64,000 nt of DNA from an uncultured Gammaproteobacteria bacterium (GTDB lineage Bacteria > Pseudomonadota > Gammaproteobacteria > Acidiferrobacterales > Sulfurifustaceae): NCBI GenBank assembly GCA_963750625.1, contig CAVVRV010000027.1, forward strand, positions 46,191 to 110,190, written 5' to 3'. Position 1 is the first letter of the stretch; every line of letters begins with the position of its first letter. A program made the position numbers and the translations under genes. This document shows, in pieces, positions 37,571 through 49,251 of this stretch. The notes beneath the pieces were generated by a model. The model made no database searches and had not been told where the DNA came from. It saw only the letters and a list, made by a program, of their open reading frames with translations.

Positions 37571-38812
37571 TCAAAAATTTCCCTGAAACCAGCTCTTCAT
37601 CTTGCTCCAGGCTCCCTTGACTCCCACGGATGCGCCCGGATTCTGCACGTACTGCTTCCCTTCACGGCAGCGCGCGCCGTACAGCACCAACCCCACGCCG
37701 GTAGCGAAGATCGGGTTCTGCACCACGCCCTTCAATCCCCCGACGTATTGCGGCACGCCCAGGCGCACCGGCATGTGAAACACCTCTTCCGCCAGATCGA
37801 CCACGCCTTCCATCTTGGCGCTGCCGCCGGTGAGCACGAGTCCGCTGCCGACCACGTCCTCGAAACCGCTGCGACGCAACTCGGCCTGGATAAGGCTGTA
37901 GAGTTCCTCGATGCGCGGTTCGATGACCTCGGCCAGCGTCTGGCGCGAGAGCTTGCGCGGCGGACGGTCGCCCACGCTCGGCACCTCGATGGTTTCATCG
38001 CGGTGCGCCAATTGCGTGAGAGCGCAACCGTACTTTTTCTTGATGTCCTCGGCGTATTGCGTCGGCGTGCGCAGCGCCACGGCGATGTCGTTCGTCACCT
38101 GATCGCCGGCGATGGGAATCACGGCGGTGTGGCGGATGGCGCCTTCGGTGAACACGGAAATGTCCGTCGTGCCGCCGCCGATATCCACCAGGCACACGCC
38201 CAGCTCCTTTTCGTCTTCCGTCAGCGTGGAGATGCTCGAAGCCAGCTGTTCGAGAATGATGTCATCCACCTCCAGCCCGCAACGGCGGACGCACTTGATG
38301 ATGTTCTGCGCCGCGCTCACCGCGCCGGTGACGATGTGCACCTTGGCCTCGAGGCGCACGCCGCTCATGCCGATCGGCTCGCGGATGCCCTCCTGCTTGT
38401 CGATGATGAATTCCTGCGGCAGGATGTGCAGCACCTTCTGGTCGGCGGGGATGGCGAGCGCGCGCGCCGCCTCGATCACGCGCTCCACGTCGCCTTGCCC
38501 CACTTCCTTGTCCTTGATCGCCACGATCCCGTGCGAGTTGAAACTCGATATGTGCGAACCCGCGATGCCGGCGTACACCGAGTGGATCTGACAGCCGGCC
38601 ATGAGTTCGGCCTCCTCCACGGCGCGCTGAATCGATTGCACGGTGGATTCGATATTTACCACCACGCCCTTCTTCATGCCGCGCGAAGGATGGTGCCCCA
38701 CGCCGATGATCTCGACTTCGCCCGTGGGCGTGAGTTCGCCGACAATCGCCAGCACCTTTGAAGTGCCGATGTCGAGACCCACGATCAGTTTGTCATCATC
38801 CCGTTTCGCCAT
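37571..38812 (-). CDS. ftsA: Cell division protein
   Basis: [22 protein letters not shown]-terminal amphipathic WFQGNF. Confidence 0.98.
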   Translation of the reverse strand: MAKRDDDKLIVGLDIGTSKVLAIVGELTPTGEVEIIGVGHHPSRGMKKGVVVNIESTVQSIQRAVEEAELMAGCQIHSVYAGIAGSHISSFNSHGIVAIKDKEVGQGDVERVIEAARALAIPADQKVLHILPQEFIIDKQEGIREPIGMSGVRLEAKVHIVTGAVSAAQNIIKCVRRCGLEVDDIILEQLASSISTLTEDEKELGVCLVDIGGGTTDISVFTEGAIRHTAVIPIAGDQVTNDIAVALRTPTQYAEDIKKKYGCALTQLAHRDETIEVPSVGDRPPRKLSRQTLAEVIEPRIEELYSLIQAELRRSGFEDVVGSGLVLTGGSAKMEGVVDLAEEVFHMPVRLGVPQYVGGLKGVVQNPIFATGVGLVLYGARCREGKQYVQNPGASVGVKGAWSKMKSWFQGNF

Positions 38813-38814
38813 AG

Positions 38815-39672
38815 TTACCCCTTGTTGTCCATTGCTGCGCGCCCGATACTTGTCCGGCCGGGCGCGTCGTGATGGCCGGCGGTCTGGCCGCCGGCCTGCT
38901 CCACTGAAAAACCGTTGGCATAGCGCAGATCCACCTGCCGGATGTCGGACGCCAGCAACGCAAATGACTGCACATATACGCGCGCAAAGCGCTCGAGTTT
39001 GCGCTCGGGCTGCTCGCGGTCGAGCACGATTGTCATTGTTGCTCCCGGTATCCGGCCTCCTGCGACACTTGTACGTCCCTGACCATCACCGTTCGTTACT
39101 ACTAACCGCCAGGTGCGTCGCGGTGTCAGCATGACCCGTTCCAGCTTCAATCCGGCCGCCGCGAGAATGCGACCAAGACTTTTGTAGTGTTCGAGCACCT
39201 GCGCGCCAGTTCCCTCCGGTCCCTCGAGCCGCGGGAACTCCGCAGGAAGGTCGTCGGCTTTCACGCGCACCACGTCGCCCGCCTGGTTGAGAAACGCGCC
39301 ATCGCTCCAATATGCCGCCAGCTGCTGTTCCGTGAACCGGACGTACACGTCCTGCGGCCACTGGCGCCGCACCGAGGCCTTGTAAACCCAGGGCAACGAC
39401 TCCACCCGCGCCTTCACCGCATCGAGATTGAGCAGGAAAAAATTCCCATGCACGACGCTCATGACCGCCGCCTGCAGTTCCTGCTGGGTGACATGCTTGA
39501 ACTCGCCCTCGAAACGCACGTTCCGCACCGGGAAGTTGTCGGTGCGCAGCAGCCTGTCGGTGCCGAAGGCGAGCGCGAGCATCACGAACAGCAGTGCGAA
39601 CAACAGCAGCGCGGCCTTGAACAGGCTTATGCTCTCGTCCGAATCTCGCCGTGCCGAATCAGCGCCTGACAT
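38815..39672 (-). CDS. ftsQ: Cell division protein FtsQ
   Basis: TM, POTRA ([12 protein letters not shown]), VDLRYANGF; position between ddl and ftsA. Confidence 0.94.
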   Translation of the reverse strand: MSGADSARRDSDESISLFKAALLLFALLFVMLALAFGTDRLLRTDNFPVRNVRFEGEFKHVTQQELQAAVMSVVHGNFFLLNLDAVKARVESLPWVYKASVRRQWPQDVYVRFTEQQLAAYWSDGAFLNQAGDVVRVKADDLPAEFPRLEGPEGTGAQVLEHYKSLGRILAAAGLKLERVMLTPRRTWRLVVTNGDGQGRTSVAGGRIPGATMTIVLDREQPERKLERFARVYVQSFALLASDIRQVDLRYANGFSVEQAGGQTAGHHDAPGRTSIGRAAMDNKG

Positions 39673-40579
39673 CCGCGGTCTCCAGTATGCGCAACACCAG
39701 TTGATCGAAATCCATCCCCGCCTGTTTCGCGGCCTTGGGCACGAGGCTGTGATCGGTCATTCCCGGCACCGTGTTCACCTCCAGTGCGTAGGCCTGACCG
39801 GCCTTGTCGAGCATGAAATCCACCCGGCCCCAGCCGGAGCAACCGAGCGCATCAAACGCCCGTTGCGCCAGGGCCTGGATCGCGCGCTCCCGGTCCGCGG
39901 GCAGACCGCAGGGACAGAGGTAACGCGTGGTGTCGAGGATGTATTTCGCCTCGTAGTCGTAGAACTCGCGGTCGGTTTCGATCCGGATGAGCGGCAACGC
40001 GCGATCCCCGAGAATCCCGCAAGTCAGTTCGGCGCCATCGATGAAGCGTTCGGCGATCACCTGATCGTCGTACTTCGCCGCGGTTTCCCAAGCCGCCTTC
40101 AGCTCCGCCACGGTCTTGGCCTTGCTGATGCCCAGACTTGAACCTTCACGCGCCGGCTTGACGAACATCGGCAACCCCAGTTTCGCGGCGACCTTGCCGA
40201 GATCGATGCCGGGCTCGAGCATGACGTATTCCGGCGTCGGGATGCCTGCCGCGGACCAGAGATATTTGCTGCGCAGCTTGTCCATGCCCAGCGCCGACCC
40301 GAGCACACCGCTGCCGGTATACGGGATGTCCAGCACTTCGAGCGCGCCCTGGATGACGCCGTCTTCGCCCCAGCGTCCGTGCAGCACGATGAACACACGA
40401 TCGAACCCGCCGTCCTCCAGCAGCCGCAAGGTGGACTTGTCCGCATCGATGCCGTGCGCATCCACGTCCTGGCGCTTCAGGGCCGCGAGCACCGCGTTGC
40501 CGCTCTTGAGCGAAACTTCGCGTTCGGCGGAAGGTCCACCCATGAGCACCGCCACTTTGCCGAAATTTCCCCGCCTCAT
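39659..40579 (-). CDS. ddl: D-alanine--D-alanine ligase
   Basis: [39 protein letters not shown]. Confidence 0.97.
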   Translation of the reverse strand: MRRGNFGKVAVLMGGPSAEREVSLKSGNAVLAALKRQDVDAHGIDADKSTLRLLEDGGFDRVFIVLHGRWGEDGVIQGALEVLDIPYTGSGVLGSALGMDKLRSKYLWSAAGIPTPEYVMLEPGIDLGKVAAKLGLPMFVKPAREGSSLGISKAKTVAELKAAWETAAKYDDQVIAERFIDGAELTCGILGDRALPLIRIETDREFYDYEAKYILDTTRYLCPCGLPADRERAIQALAQRAFDALGCSGWGRVDFMLDKAGQAYALEVNTVPGMTDHSLVPKAAKQAGMDFDQLVLRILETADVRR

Positions 40580-41482
40580 GAGCCTCGCTCCACGCCGATC
40601 ATCCGCACTTCGGTCTCCAACCGGATGCCCTGCCGCTTTTCCACTTCTGCCTGCACACGCCGAATCAGTTGCTCGATGTCGGCCGCCGTCGCGCCGCCGG
40701 TATTGACGATAAAGTTGGCGTGCAGGTCGGACACGCAGGCCTTGCCCTCGCAAGCGCCCTTGAGGCCGCAGGACTCGATCAGACGCGCGGCAAAATCCCC
40801 TGTCGGATTCTTGAATACGGAGCCGGCGTTCGGCAGCTGCGTGGGCTGGGTGGCGCCGCGCTTGGCAAGCAAAGTCTTGATCAGGCTCTTGCCCTGCGTC
40901 GTGTCTCCGGCGCCGAGCCGGAAATGGGCGGCCACGAACCATTCGTTTTGCGGCCCGCTGACCTTGCGATAATCGATTTGATAATCCGTGGGCTGGCGTG
41001 TACGTCGTTCACCATGACGATCGATCGTTTCCACTGCCGCGACGATCTTCCACGTCTCGCCGCCGAAGGCGCCGGCGTTCATGGCCAGCGCACCGCCCAC
41101 GGTGCCGGGGATGCCGGCGAGAAATTCCGCGCCGACCATGCCGCGATCGGCGCAGAAGCGCGCGACCTTGGCGCTGGCCACGCCGGCTTCGGCGCGCACC
41201 ACGCTGTCGCGCAGAATACCCAGCGCATTCAGCGCGCCACTGGTCATGATCACCGTGCCGCGCACGCCACCGTCGCGCACCAGCAGATTGCTTCCCAGGC
41301 CCACCCAGTGCAGCGCTTCCTGCGGCGGCAGCGATTTCATGAATGCCGCGAGGTCATCGAGGTCGGCCGGGATGTAGAAACGGTCCGCGGGCCCGCCGAC
41401 GCGCCAGCTGGTATGGCGCGCCATCGGCTCGTTGCACGAGCAGTTGGCCGCGGAGACTGGTGTGCGATTTCGCCGGCATCAT
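40576..41482 (-). CDS. murB: UDP-N-acetylmuramate dehydrogenase (frameshift near 41435)
   Basis: [41 protein letters not shown]. Confidence 0.96.
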
Positions 41483-42882
41483 CCGCCGCTCCCCGTTCGC
41501 AGGGTCTGCGGAAGCGCGGCGGCAACGCCGCCGATGCTGCCCGCGCCCATCGTGAGCAATACGTCGTTGCCGCGCAGCACGTCGGCCAGCGCCTGCGGCA
41601 GCGTGTTCACGTCCTCCAGGAAAATCGGTTCGGTCTTGCCGCGCGCGCGGATGGCGCGACACAGCGCGCGCCCGTCCGCGCCACTGATTGGCGTCTCGCC
41701 GGCGGCATAGACCTCGGTGACCAGCAGCGTGTCGATATCCGCGAGCACGGTGCTGAAATCGTCGAGCAGATCGTGCGTGCGCGTGTAGCGGTGCGGCTGG
41801 AACACCACCACCAGCCGCCGCTCGGGCCAGCTCGCGCGTGCCGCCGCCACCGTCGCCGCGATCTCGCGCGGATGATGCGCGTAGTCGTCCACCAGGATCA
41901 CATCGCCACCGTCCAGCGCCATGCGGCCGTTGATCTGGAAACGGCGTCCGATGCCGGCAAAACCGGCGAGCGCACGCGCGATGGCGGACTCTTCGACGCC
42001 CAGTTCGTGCGCGATGCCGATGGCGGCCAGCGCATTCAGCACGTTATGCCGTCCGGGCAGGTTGAGCGTCACCGTCAGCCAGTTCTTGCGGCCGCGCAGC
42101 TCGGCGGTGAAATGCATTTTGATTCCTTCCTGACGTATATCGACCGCGCGCAGATCCGCCTCGGCCGCCGTGCCGTAGGTCAGCACCGGCCGGTGCACCC
42201 GCGGGACGATCTCGCGCACCACCGGATCGTCGTGACACAGCACCGCCAGCCCGTAGAACGGCAGTTGCTGGAGGAAATCGACGAACGCCTGCTTCAGGCG
42301 GTTGAAGTCGCCGCCGTAGGTGGCCATGTGATCGGCGTCGATGTTGGTCACGACCGCCATGAACGGCGCGAGATGCAGGAACGAGGCATCGCTCTCGTCG
42401 GCCTCGGCCACCAGATATTGCCCGCGACCGAGACGCGCGTTGGTGCCGGCGCTGTTCAGGCGTCCACCGATCACGAAGGTCGGGTCGATTCCGCCTTCGG
42501 CCAGGCAGCTCGCCACGAGGCTCGTGGTCGTGGTCTTGCCGTGCGTGCCGGCAATGGCGATGCCGCGTTGCAGGCGCATCAACTCGCCCAGCATTTCGGC
42601 GCGCGGAATCACCGGGATCTTGGCCGCGCGCGCGGCGCGCACCTCCGGATTGGTCTCGTCCACGGCCGAGGACACGACGACCACGTCCACGCCTTTGATG
42701 AGCTTCGGATCGTGGCCGATGGTGACCTTCGCTCCGAGCGAGCCGAGGCGCTTGGTGTTCGGCGATTCACGCACATCCGAGCCGGACACCTCGAATTGCA
42801 GGTTGTGCAGCACTTCGGCGATACCGCACATACCCGCGCCGCCGATGCCGACAAAGTGCACGCGCTTGACCCGGTCACGCAT
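41479..42882 (-). CDS. murC: UDP-N-acetylmuramate--L-alanine ligase
   Basis: [41 protein letters not shown]. Confidence 0.97.
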   Translation of the reverse strand: MRDRVKRVHFVGIGGAGMCGIAEVLHNLQFEVSGSDVRESPNTKRLGSLGAKVTIGHDPKLIKGVDVVVVSSAVDETNPEVRAARAAKIPVIPRAEMLGELMRLQRGIAIAGTHGKTTTTSLVASCLAEGGIDPTFVIGGRLNSAGTNARLGRGQYLVAEADESDASFLHLAPFMAVVTNIDADHMATYGGDFNRLKQAFVDFLQQLPFYGLAVLCHDDPVVREIVPRVHRPVLTYGTAAEADLRAVDIRQEGIKMHFTAELRGRKNWLTVTLNLPGRHNVLNALAAIGIAHELGVEESAIARALAGFAGIGRRFQINGRMALDGGDVILVDDYAHHPREIAATVAAARASWPERRLVVVFQPHRYTRTHDLLDDFSTVLADIDTLLVTEVYAAGETPISGADGRALCRAIRARGKTEPIFLEDVNTLPQALADVLRGNDVLLTMGAGSIGGVAAALPQTLRTGSGG

Positions 42883-43954
42883 CGATCGCTCCTGATACAC
42901 GCGCCGGCAACGGTGTCGGCGGCGTCGGTGCACGCGCCAGGTGACGCGCGGCACGCGCCATTTTCATCAGCAGCTCGCGATTCGCGGCAAAGCCGGTGAG
43001 CAGCTCGGCGAGGCGCTCGCGTGTCAGTTCCGGCGACGGCACGAGTACCGCCGCCTCGCGCTCCGAGAGAAACCGTGCGTTGGCAGTCTGGTGATCGTCC
43101 ACGGCGTAGAGGTAAGGAACGAGAATCGCGGCCGAACCCGAGGCGGCCAGTTCGGCAATGGTCATGGCACCGGCGCGGCACAGCACCACGTCCGCCCAGG
43201 CATAGGCCTCGGCCATGTTGTCGATGAATTCCGTCACCCGGGCGGGCACATCGCCGTAGGCATGCTGCACCGTCGCGGCGGCGTTACGTCCGCATTGATG
43301 CCAGATTTCCGGCCGCGTCTTGGAGGGCAGCGACTTGATCGCCTCAGGCACGGTGTCGTTGAATATTTTTGCGCCCTGGCTGCCGCCCACGACAAGCAAG
43401 CGCAGGTTTCCCTGGCGCGCGGCCAACCTTTCTTCCGGCGGCGGCAGCGTGGCAATCTCGTCACGCACCGGGTTACCCACCGGACGGGCGGCCAGGTGTT
43501 TACCGAAAGCATCGGGAAATCCGCACAGCACCTGATCGGCGATCAGCGCGAGCCACTTGTTGGTCATGCCGGGGATCGCGTTCTGCTCGTGAATCAGCAG
43601 TGGCGTGCGCGTGATCCACGCCATTAAACCGCCCGGCCCGGCGACGAATCCGCCCATGGACAGCACCACGTCCGGCTTGCGCCGGCGCAGGACCCGGAAC
43701 GCCTGCGCCATGGCATATATAAGAGTGAATGGCAGCAGCAGCCAGCGCAGCCAACCCTTGCGCCGCACGCCCTGGATCGTCAACCATTCCATGTCGATCG
43801 CCAGCCCCGAGGCGGGTACGGCGTGCGCTTCGAGGCCGCGGTGCGTGCCGAGCCACACCACTTGCACGCGTTTCTCCAGGAGCCGGCGTGCGACGGCGAG
43901 CCCCGGGAAGACATGTCCGCCGGTGCCGCCCGCCATGATCAGCACGCAGCTCAT
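42875..43954 (-). CDS. murG: Lipid II GlcNAc transferase
   Basis: [34 protein letters not shown]. Confidence 0.96.
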   Translation of the reverse strand: MSCVLIMAGGTGGHVFPGLAVARRLLEKRVQVVWLGTHRGLEAHAVPASGLAIDMEWLTIQGVRRKGWLRWLLLPFTLIYAMAQAFRVLRRRKPDVVLSMGGFVAGPGGLMAWITRTPLLIHEQNAIPGMTNKWLALIADQVLCGFPDAFGKHLAARPVGNPVRDEIATLPPPEERLAARQGNLRLLVVGGSQGAKIFNDTVPEAIKSLPSKTRPEIWHQCGRNAAATVQHAYGDVPARVTEFIDNMAEAYAWADVVLCRAGAMTIAELAASGSAAILVPYLYAVDDHQTANARFLSEREAAVLVPSPELTRERLAELLTGFAANRELLMKMARAARHLARAPTPPTPLPARVSGAIDA

Positions 43955-45119
43955 GCCCGCCCTCCCCCAGCCGCTGGCACGCGCCTCGCGGCCGATGAGC
44001 AACAACAGGCCCATGGCGATGCAGCTCACGATCATGCTTGATCCGCCATAACTCACGAACGGAAGCGTCAGCCCCTTGGTCGGCAACAGGCCCATGTTGA
44101 CGCCCATGTTGATCATCGCCTGGCTGCCGAGCAGCAGGCCCAGGCCCTGCGCCAGCCGCGCACCATAGATCTGGCCGGCGGCTTCCGCCTGACGCGCAAT
44201 GGCGAAGGCGCGCGCGATCACGATGCCGAAAACCGCCATGACGCCCAGCACGGCAATAAGCCCGAGCTCCTCGCCCATCACCGCGAACACGAAATCGGTA
44301 TGTGCCGCCGGCAGGTAAAAGAGTTTCTGGACGCTGGCGCCCAAACCCACGCCGAACCACTCGCCGCGGCCGAAAGCGATCAGCGCTTGCACCAGCTGGA
44401 AACCGGTGTTGTACGGATCGGCCCAGGGGTCAAGGAAACTCGTCGCGCGCGCCATACGGTACGGCGAGACGAAGGTAAGCAGCACCATGCTGCCGATACC
44501 GGCGCCGAGCACGCACATGAAGTGCCAGAAGCGCACGCCGCCGAGGAACAGCATGGAAAACACCGTGATGGTGATCACCACAAAAGAGCCCATGTCCGGC
44601 TCCAGCAGCAGCAGCAAGCCGATCGCCGCAACCACGAGGCTCACCATCACGATGCCCTGGGTGAAGTTCTTCAGCGACTCCTGCTTGCGCACCAGATACC
44701 CGGCGACGTACACCACCATGAAGAGTTTCATGAACTCCGACGGCTGCAGGTTGACAATACCGAGCCTGATCCAGCGCGAACTGCCATTGATGTGCACGCT
44801 GATGCCCGGCACCAGCACCACGCAGAGCGAGGCAATACCGAGAAGCAGCAGAAACGGTCCGGCCTTTTCCCACCAGCGCACGCGCGTGCGCATGGTGAAC
44901 GCCATGAACAGCACGCCCAGCACCGCGTAGGCGGCATGGCGTATCAGAAAATACACGCTGTTATGCATCTCGCGGTCGGCATAGGCAACCGACGCCGAGT
45001 ACACCATGATCACACCGAGCGCGAGCAGCACAAACGTGCATCCGAGCAACCACGGATCCCACGCCGGGCGCGCTCGGCCGGCGGCGCGCGTCGTCCCGGC
45101 CGTCGAGCACGGCGCTCAT
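43951..45119 (-). CDS. ftsW: SEDS peptidoglycan polymerase (frameshifts near both ends)
   Basis: MVYSAS, QPSEF.K, EPD.G, YLPAAHTDF, LPTKGLTLPFVSYGGSS. Confidence 0.96.
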
Positions 45120-46464
45120 GTCGCTACCTCGCGTACAGCTTCGCGGAACACTTCGGCGCGATGCTCGTAGTTGCGGAACATGTCGAAACTCGCACAGGCC
45201 GGCGACAGCAGCACCACGTCGCCCGGTTGCGCGAGACCGGCGGCGAAGCGCACGGCCTCGTGCATGTCTTTGGCGCGGCGTGCGGTTACCGCGTTGCCGA
45301 GGGCGGCCTCGATCAGCGGCGCATCGCGCCCGATCAACACCACGGCGCGCGCATGCTGCGCACACGCCGGCTTTAATTCGCTGAAATCCTGGCCTTTGCC
45401 GTCTCCGCCGGCGATGAGAATCACCGGCGCCGTCATGCCGTTCAGGGCCGCAACGGTGGCGCCGACATTGGTGCCCTTCGAATCGTCATACCAGCGCACT
45501 CCGTCATGCTCGGCCACGAGTTCGGTGCGATGATGCAGCCCCTTGAATTCACGCACCGCGGCGCAGGCGTCTTCGGGAACAACCCCGGCGGCTTCGGCCA
45601 ACGCCATCGCGGCCAAAACGTTGGCCAGATTGTGCCGGCCGGCGAGCGGCACTTCGCGTGCGGCTCATCAGCGGCTGCGTGCCGTGCACCAGCCAGGTCT
45701 CGCCCCGGATTTCATCAAGACCATAATCCTGTGCCTCCGACGGACGTCCCAGACTGAAACTGACCGTGCGCCGTCCCGACTGGCGCATGCGCATCACCCG
45801 GGAATCGTCGGCATTGAGCACCATGGTCCCGTTGCCGCGGAAGACGCGCGCCTTGGCCTCGGCGTATTCGCCGATATCACGGTAGCGGTCCATATGATCC
45901 GGCGTGATGTTGAGCACCGTCGCGGCGCGTGCGTTGAGACTGTGAGTGGTCTCGAGCTGGAAGCTCGACAGCTCCAGCACATACACATCCGGTTCCCGAT
46001 CGCCGAGCAGCGACAGCGCCGGCACGCCGATGTTGCCGCCCACGGCGGTCTGGAGCCCGGCGCGCCGGCACATCTCGCCGGTGAGCGCCGTCACCGTGCT
46101 TTTGCCGTTGGCGCCGGTAATGGCAATCACCGGCGCCGTCGCCTCGCGCGCAAACAGCTCTATGTCGCCGATGGCTTGCGCCCCGGCGCCGACGGCGCGG
46201 GCAATCGGCCGGTTCCTTGACCGACACGCCGGGACTCACCACGAGCAGTCCCGGATCGCTGAAGACCGCGGCAGGCAGTCCGCCGGTATGCACCGCCACG
46301 CGCGGAAATTCGCGCCGCAGTTCATCCAGCTTGGGCGGCTGGTCACGCGTATCCACGACAGTGACGTCATAGCCGCGCGCAACGAGGTGACGCACGCAGG
46401 CCATCCCCGTGAGCCCGAGGCCCACCACCAGCGCGCGTTTTGTCTCCGTCTTTGTCATCGCCAA
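45116..46464 (-). CDS. murD: UDP-MurNAc-L-Ala--D-glutamate ligase (frameshifted)
   Basis: [44 protein letters not shown]. Confidence 0.96.
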
Positions 46465-46485
46465 TGCCGTTATGTTTTGCCTTTC

Positions 46486-46547
46486 CCCTCATCCCCATCC
46501 CTTCTCCCCAAGGGGAGAAGGGAGCGAGCCGAGCGCGCAAGCGCGCT
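46486..46547. repeat. REP-like palindrome in the mraY-murD spacer
   Basis: TCCCTTCTCCCC-AA-GGGGAGAAGGGA (46498-46523) followed by AGCGCGC-AA-GCGCGCT. Confidence 0.65.
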
Positions 46548-46554
46548 TTCATTT

Positions 46555-47638
46555 CTATCGAATCTTCAATGTCGCCAGCCCGATCAACACCAGGATCAGC
46601 GAGATGATCCAGAAGCGCACGATCACCCGCGGTTCCGGCCAGCCTTTCAGTTCGAAATGGTGATGCAGCGGCGCCATGCGAAAGATGCGCTTGCCGGTGA
46701 GCTTGAACGACGCCACCTGCAGCATCACCGACACCGTCTCCATCACGAACACACCGCCCATGATGAACAGCACGATCTCCTGGCGCACCGACACGGCGAT
46801 GGTGCCGAGCGCCGCGCCCAGCGCCAGCGCGCCGATGTCGCCCATGAACACCATCGCCGGATAGGTGTTGAACCAGAGAAACCCGAGCCCGGCGCCGACG
46901 ATGGCGCCGCAGAACACCAGCACCTCGCCCGCCCCGGCGATATAGGGAAAACCGAGATAGGCGGAAAATTTGACGTGGCCCATGACGTAGGCGAAGATGC
47001 CGAGCGCGCCCGCCACCATGACCGTCGGCATGATCGCCAGGCCGTCGAGACCGTCGGTGAGGTTCACGGCGTTGCTGGAACCCACGATCACGAAGTACGC
47101 GAGCAGGATGTACATCGGACCCAGGTCGATCATGATGTTCTTGAACACCGGCACGATGAGCGCGGTCTCGGCCGAGCTCTTGGCGGTGTAGTAAAGAAAC
47201 AGCGCCGTGCCCAGGCCGGCAACCGTCTGCCAGAAAAACTTGGCCTTGCGCGCCAATCCCGCGCGGGTCCTTGTTGATGATCTTCTTGTAATCGTCCACC
47301 CAGCCGATGGCGCCGAAGGCCGCGGTGGTGAACAGCACCGCCCACACGAAGCGGTTGGAAAGATCCGCCCACAGCAGCGTGGCGATGAAGACGGCGATGA
47401 GAATCATCGCTCCGCCCATGGTCGGCGTGCCGGCCTTGGACAGGTGACTCTGCGGCCCGTCCTTGCGCACCGTCTGACCGAGCTGGCGAAACCCAAGGCG
47501 GCGGATCACCGCCGGGCCGATCCAGAAGCTGATCGCGAGCGCCGTCAACACGCCGAGAATTCCGCGCAGCGTGAGATAGCGGAAGACGTTGAAGAACGAG
47601 AAGTCCGTGCGCAGCCGCTCGAAGAGATAATACAGCAC
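46555..47638 (-). CDS. mraY: Phospho-MurNAc-pentapeptide transferase (frameshift near 47255)
   Basis: [36 protein letters not shown]. Confidence 0.97.
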
Positions 47639-49012
47639 TTAGCGATTCCTCCCGTTCTCAACCGGGGCCGGCGATGGTTTCGTGATGCCGGCGACGATCC
47701 GCTCCATGCGCATGACGCGCGAGCCCTTGACGAGCACCGTCATTTCCGCGTGCAGGCAATCCTGCAGCGCCTCGATCAGCGCCGCGTGCGATTCGAAATG
47801 ACGCGCGCCTTTGCCGAAGGCGCCCACGGCGATGCGGCTCAGTTCGCCGATGGCGAACAACCGCTGGACGCCGATGCGGTTGGCGAGTTCGCCGACGCGA
47901 TAATGGATGTCGGCGGCCGCTGGCCCGAGTTCGCCCATGTCGCCCAGGACCAGGACGCGCTCGCCGGAGAATTCCCGCAACACTTGCAGTCCCGCCGCGA
48001 CCGAAGCGGGATTGGCGTTGTAAGTGTCATCGATGATGCGCGCCCCGCTGATGCCGGGTTTCACCTCGAGGCGACCGGAGACGGTTTTCAGTTTCTCGAG
48101 TCCGGTTTTCACGTGCTCGAGCGAAGCGCCGGCGGCGATCGCCGCGCCGGTGGCTGCCAGTGTGTTCATGACGTTATGTACACCAAAAAGTGGTACGCGC
48201 ATGTCGATGTCCCCATGGGTGGTGGTTTTGAGATGGATGGCGCTGCCCGTGTCGGTGTGCCGGTACTCCGCGCTCACGTCTGCCGGGCGATCAAGTCCGA
48301 AGGTCAGGCACCGGCGCGATCCGGCCAGTCCCTTCCACAACAAAAAATATGCATCGTCGGCGTTGAGCACCGCGGTGCCGTCGGCAGCGAGGCCGGTGAA
48401 AATCTCACCCTTGGCGCGCGCCACGTCCCCGACCGTGCCCACGCCCGCGAGATGCGCCTCGCCGGCGTTATTGATCAGCGCGATCGTCGGGCGGGTCAGG
48501 CGTGAAAGGTATTCGATCTCGCCGGCATGGTTCATGCCCATCTCGATCACGGCGTAACGATGCTCCGCGCGCAGGCGCGTCAGCGTCAGCGGCACACCGA
48601 TGTCATTGTTGAGATTGCCGCGCGTGACACAACCGGGGCCGGTCTCGCCGAGGATCGCGCCGATCATTTCCTTGACCGTGGTCTTGCCGTTGCTGCCGGT
48701 CACGGCGATCACGGGAATCTGCTTGAACTGACCGCGCCAGAACGCGCTGAGACTGCCGAGCGCCAGCCGCGTATCCGGCACGCGCACATACGGCAGCAGC
48801 GTGTCCATGTCGCGCGCGAGCAGCGCGCCCGCCGCGCCCGCATTGATGGCCTCGGCCAGGAAACTGTGTCCGTCGAAGTGCTCGCCCTTGATCGCGACGT
48901 ACAGATCGCCGCGCGCGAGCGTGCGCGTGTCATGACTCACGCCCGTGAACACCACGTCCTGTCCGCTGAGACGGGCATCCAGAACGTCGGCCAGAATCGA
49001 TAGTGACATCAC
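47639..49012 (-). CDS. murF: UDP-MurNAc-tripeptide--D-Ala-D-Ala ligase
   Basis: VTGSNGKTTVKEM, NLNNDIGVP, EMGMNH, DDTYNANP, LVKGSR. Confidence 0.97.
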   Translation of the reverse strand: MMSLSILADVLDARLSGQDVVFTGVSHDTRTLARGDLYVAIKGEHFDGHSFLAEAINAGAAGALLARDMDTLLPYVRVPDTRLALGSLSAFWRGQFKQIPVIAVTGSNGKTTVKEMIGAILGETGPGCVTRGNLNNDIGVPLTLTRLRAEHRYAVIEMGMNHAGEIEYLSRLTRPTIALINNAGEAHLAGVGTVGDVARAKGEIFTGLAADGTAVLNADDAYFLLWKGLAGSRRCLTFGLDRPADVSAEYRHTDTGSAIHLKTTTHGDIDMRVPLFGVHNVMNTLAATGAAIAAGASLEHVKTGLEKLKTVSGRLEVKPGISGARIIDDTYNANPASVAAGLQVLREFSGERVLVLGDMGELGPAAADIHYRVGELANRIGVQRLFAIGELSRIAVGAFGKGARHFESHAALIEALQDCLHAEMTVLVKGSRVMRMERIVAGITKPSPAPVENGRNR

Positions 49013-49251
49013 GCCTCCGCCTCCGAAAGTGCGTCGTTACACCTAAACGCCCGTTGTCGGCGTCTGGCGGCATTCGCCCGGTTGCATCCCCACTTCGGGG
49101 GGGCGCCCGGAGCGTCGCCCGAGGGACCCGCGAGCGGGATCGGGCAGCGGAGGGGACGCCAGCGACCGCATGCGGGGCGCCTGCATCCGCGCAGCGGTCG
49201 CATCCCCAGAGGGGCCCGCTCCGCGCTGCGCGGTCGCCTCTCCCTGCTCAT
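49009..49251 (-). other. Palindromic insert carrying an 80-codon Arg/Pro-rich ORF between murE and murF
   Basis: Not MurE-like; nested stems at 49132-49221; ATGA and GTGATG overlaps at its ends. Confidence 0.6.

Noticed and set aside
40669-42999. Long antisense ORFs (also 4563..6533, 13323..14993, 37508..38761, 49003..50760)
   Set aside because: Shadow frames of high-GC genes on the opposite strand; no motifs
42875-45049. Apparent 724-aa FtsW-MurG fusion
   Set aside because: The junction GGGGGAGGGCGGGC-ATGA has an SD and a stop/start overlap in a G-rich run; a single-base error is more likely than a real fusion, though reads should confirm
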